Shown here one piece after another: positions 61,065 through 64,000 of a stretch of DNA of 64,000 nucleotides (the first letter of the stretch is position 1; each line of letters begins with the position of its first letter). The translations under genes were made by a program, and so were the position numbers. Location: contig NC_086097.1 of NCBI RefSeq assembly GCF_963921235.1, positions 109,246,001 through 109,310,000 on the forward strand. The letters are read 5' to 3'. Source of the stretch: Mobula hypostoma. Its lineage: Eukaryota. Below the pieces are notes generated by a model. That model saw only the letters and a program-made list of their open reading frames with translations. It was not told the DNA's origin and did no database searches.

Positions 61065-64000
61065 GAATCATAGAAACATAGAAAACCTACAGCACAATAC
61101 AGGTCCTTCGGCCCACAAAGCTGTGCCGAACATGTCCCCACCTTAGAACTACCTAGGCTTTACCCATAGCCCTCTATTTTTTAAGCTCCATGTAGCCATC
61201 CAGGAGTCTCTTAAAAGACCCTATCGTTTCTGCCTCCACCACCGCTACCGGCAGCCCATTCCACGCACTCACCACTCTCTGCATAAAAAACTTACCCCTG
61301 ACATCTCCTCTGTACCTACGAGGGGTGATTGATACGTTCGAGGCCTAAAGTAGAAGGCGTAAATTTTAGAAAACCTAGCACATTTATTTTTCAACATAAT
61401 CCCCTCCTACATTTACACACTTAGTCCAGCGGTCGTGGAGTACACGGATCTTGGACCTCCAGAAAGTGTCCACAGATGGGTGATGAATAAGTTCGTGGCC
61501 TGAGGTAGAAGGAAATGGGTTATACAGCTCTCATTACATGCACATACAGGTCAACTCTTTGAGTGATTATGCAGAAATTTTGAAGTTAATAACTCATCTC
61601 CTTCTACCCTAGGCCACGAACTTATCAATCACTCCTGCTGTAGACACTTTCTGGAGGTCCAATATCTGTATGCTCCATGATCACTGGACTAAGTGTGTAA
61701 ATATAGGAGGGGACTATGTTGAAAAATAAATGTGCTAGGTTTTCTAAAATTGATCCCTTCTACATTAAGCCTCGAACTTATCAATCACCCGTCGTACTTC
61801 CAAGCACCTTAAAATTATGTCTTCTTGTGCTAGCCATTTCAGCCCTGGGGAAAAGCCTCTGACTATCCACGCGATCAATGCCTCTCATTATCTTGTACAC
61901 CTCTGTCAAGTCACCTCTTATCCTTCATCGCTCCAAGAAGAAAAGGCCGAGTTCACTCAACCTATTCTCATAAGGCATGCTCCCCAATTCAGGCAACGTC
62001 GTTGTAAATCTCCTCTGCACCTTTTCTATGGTTTTCGCATCCTTCCTATAGTGAGGCAACCAGAATTGACCACAGTACTCCAGGTAGGGTCTGAGCAAGG
62101 TCCTATATAGCTGCAATGTTATCTCTCAGGTCTTAAACTCAATCCCATGATTGATGAAAGCCAATGCACCGTATGCCTTCTTAACCACACAGTCAACCTG
62201 CACATCAGCTTTGAGTGTCCTATGGACTCAGATCCCAAGATCCCTCTGATCCTCCACATTGCCAAGAGTCTTACCATTAATGCTATATTCTGCCGTCATA
62301 TTTGACCTACCAAAATGAACCACCTCATACTTATCTGGGTTGAACTCCATCTGCCACTTCTCTGCCCAGTTTTTCATCCTATCAATGTCCTGCTGTAACC
62401 TCTGACAGCCTTCCACACTATCCACAACACCCCCAACCTTTGTGTCATCAGCAAATTTTCTAACCCATCCCTCCACTTCCTCATCCAGGTCATTTATAAA
62501 AATCACAAAGAGTAGGGGTCCCAGAACCGATCCCTGAGGCACACCACTGGTCACTGGCGTCCATGCAGAATATGACCCGTCTACAACCACTCTTTGCCTT
62601 CTGTGGGCAAGCCAGCACTGGATCCACAAAGCAATGTCGCTTTGGATCACATGCCTCCTTACTGTCTCAATAAGCCTTGCATGGGTTACCTTATCAAATG
62701 CCTTGCTAACATCCATATACACTACATCTACGGCTCTACCTTCATCAATGTATTTAATCACATCCTCAAAAAATTCAATCAGGCTCATAAGGCACAAACT
62801 GCCTTTGACAAAGTCATGCTAACTATTCCGAAATACATATTAAGCCTCTCCAAATGTTCATAAATCCTGCCTCTCAAGATCTTCTCCATCAACTTACCAA
62901 GCACTGAATTAAGACTCACTGGCCTAAAACTTCCTGGGCTATCCCTACTCCCTTTCTTGAATAAGGGAAAATATCCGCAAACCTCCAATCCTCCAGAACC
63001 TCTCCCGTCCTCATTGATAATGCAAAGATGATTGCCAAAGGCTCAGCAATCTCCTCCCTTGCTTCCCACAGTAGCCTGGGGTACATCCCATCTGGTCCCA
63101 GTGACTTATCCAACTTGATGCTTTCCAAAACCTCCAGCATATCCTCTTTATTATCTACATTCTCAAGCTTTTCAGTCCACTGCAAGTCATCCCTACAATC
63201 GCCAAGTCATCCCTACAATCCATAGTGAATACTGAGGCAAAGTATTCATTAAGTACCTCTGCTATTTCCTCCGGTTGCACACACACTTTTCCGTTGTCAC
63301 ACTTGATTGGTCTTATTCTCTCACGTCTTATCCACTTGCTCTTCACATACTTGTAGAATTTCTTGGGGTTTTCCTTAATCCTGTCCGCCAAGGCCTTCTC
63401 ATGGCCCCTTCTGGCTCTCCTAATTTTATTCTTAAGCTCCTTCCTGCTAGCCTTATAATCTTCTAGATTCATATCATGACCTAGTTTTTTAATCCTTTCA
63501 TAAGCTCTTCTTTTCTTCTTGACTAGATTTACAACAGCCTTTGTACACCACAGATCTTGTATCCTACCATTCTTTCCATGTCTCATCGGAACATACCTAC
63601 TCAGAACCCCACGCAAATATCCCCTGAACATTTGCCACATTTCTTACGTACATTTCCCTGAGAATATCTGTTTACAATTTATGCTTCCAAGTTCCTGCCT
63701 GATAGCCTCATAGTTCCCCTTACTCCAATTAAACCTTTGCCTAACTTGTCTGTTCCTATCCCTCTCCAATGAGATAGAATTGTGATCACTATCTCCAAAA
63801 TGCTCTCCCACTGAGAGACCTGATACCTGACCAGGTTCATTTCCCAATACCAGATCAAGTACAGCCTCTCCTCTTGTAAGCTTATCTACATAATGTGTCA
63901 AGGAACCTTCCTGAACACAACTAACAAACTCTACCCCATCTAAACCCCTCACTCTAGGGAGATGCCAATCAATATTTGGGAAATTAAAATCTCCCACCAC
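61065..64000 (-). mobile_element. CR1 LINE ORF2 (runs off the window end), interrupted by a mariner MITE
   Basis: ORFs 62228..62797 (RT, FADDTK), 63155..63640, 63644..64000 (GDFNFP, SDHN); tail 'catagaaacatagaaa'. Confidence 0.93.
61319..61794. mobile_element. Tc1/mariner-type fold-back MITE (476 bp)
   Basis: TA TSD (61317-18, 61795-96); TIR CGAGGGGTGATTGATA / TATCAATCACCCGTCG; inverted arms ~205 bp; the CR1 sequence 'ctgtacc-ta-cttccaagc' is restored on removal. Confidence 0.93.

Noticed and set aside
63183..63220. Short tandem duplication in CR1 (also at ~37218-37258 and ~30925-30970)
   Set aside because: Ordinary local slippage or repair duplications inside dead repeats.

Overview
Eukaryotic, repeat-saturated genomic DNA. 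The repeat repertoire (CR1 LINEs, V-SINE-like elements, Penelope-like elements, Rex1/Babar) suggests a cartilaginous fish such as a ray or skate; this is inference. I found no convincing host exon, rRNA, tRNA or CRISPR array, and nearly all long ORFs are CR1 or Penelope fragments. The main structure is a heavily decayed ~17.7-kb endogenous retrovirus (9159-26905, + strand). It has two ~750-bp LTRs, a tRNA-Pro-type PBS, a PPT, and gag/PR/RT/RNaseH/IN remnants whose RT motifs look snakehead-retrovirus/spuma-related. It is broken up by nested insertions: a 2.6-kb non-autonomous Gypsy element in the 5' LTR, a full-length Tc1 transposon in gag, and CR1, Penelope and Rex1 pieces. Elsewhere are Penelope ends carrying minimal hammerhead-ribozyme motifs, a nested stack of CR1 elements (36.6-47 kb), an old ~250-bp inverted-repeat pair (50.7/55.5 kb), and hAT and mariner-type MITEs. 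Boundaries without a stated TSD or TIR are approximate.
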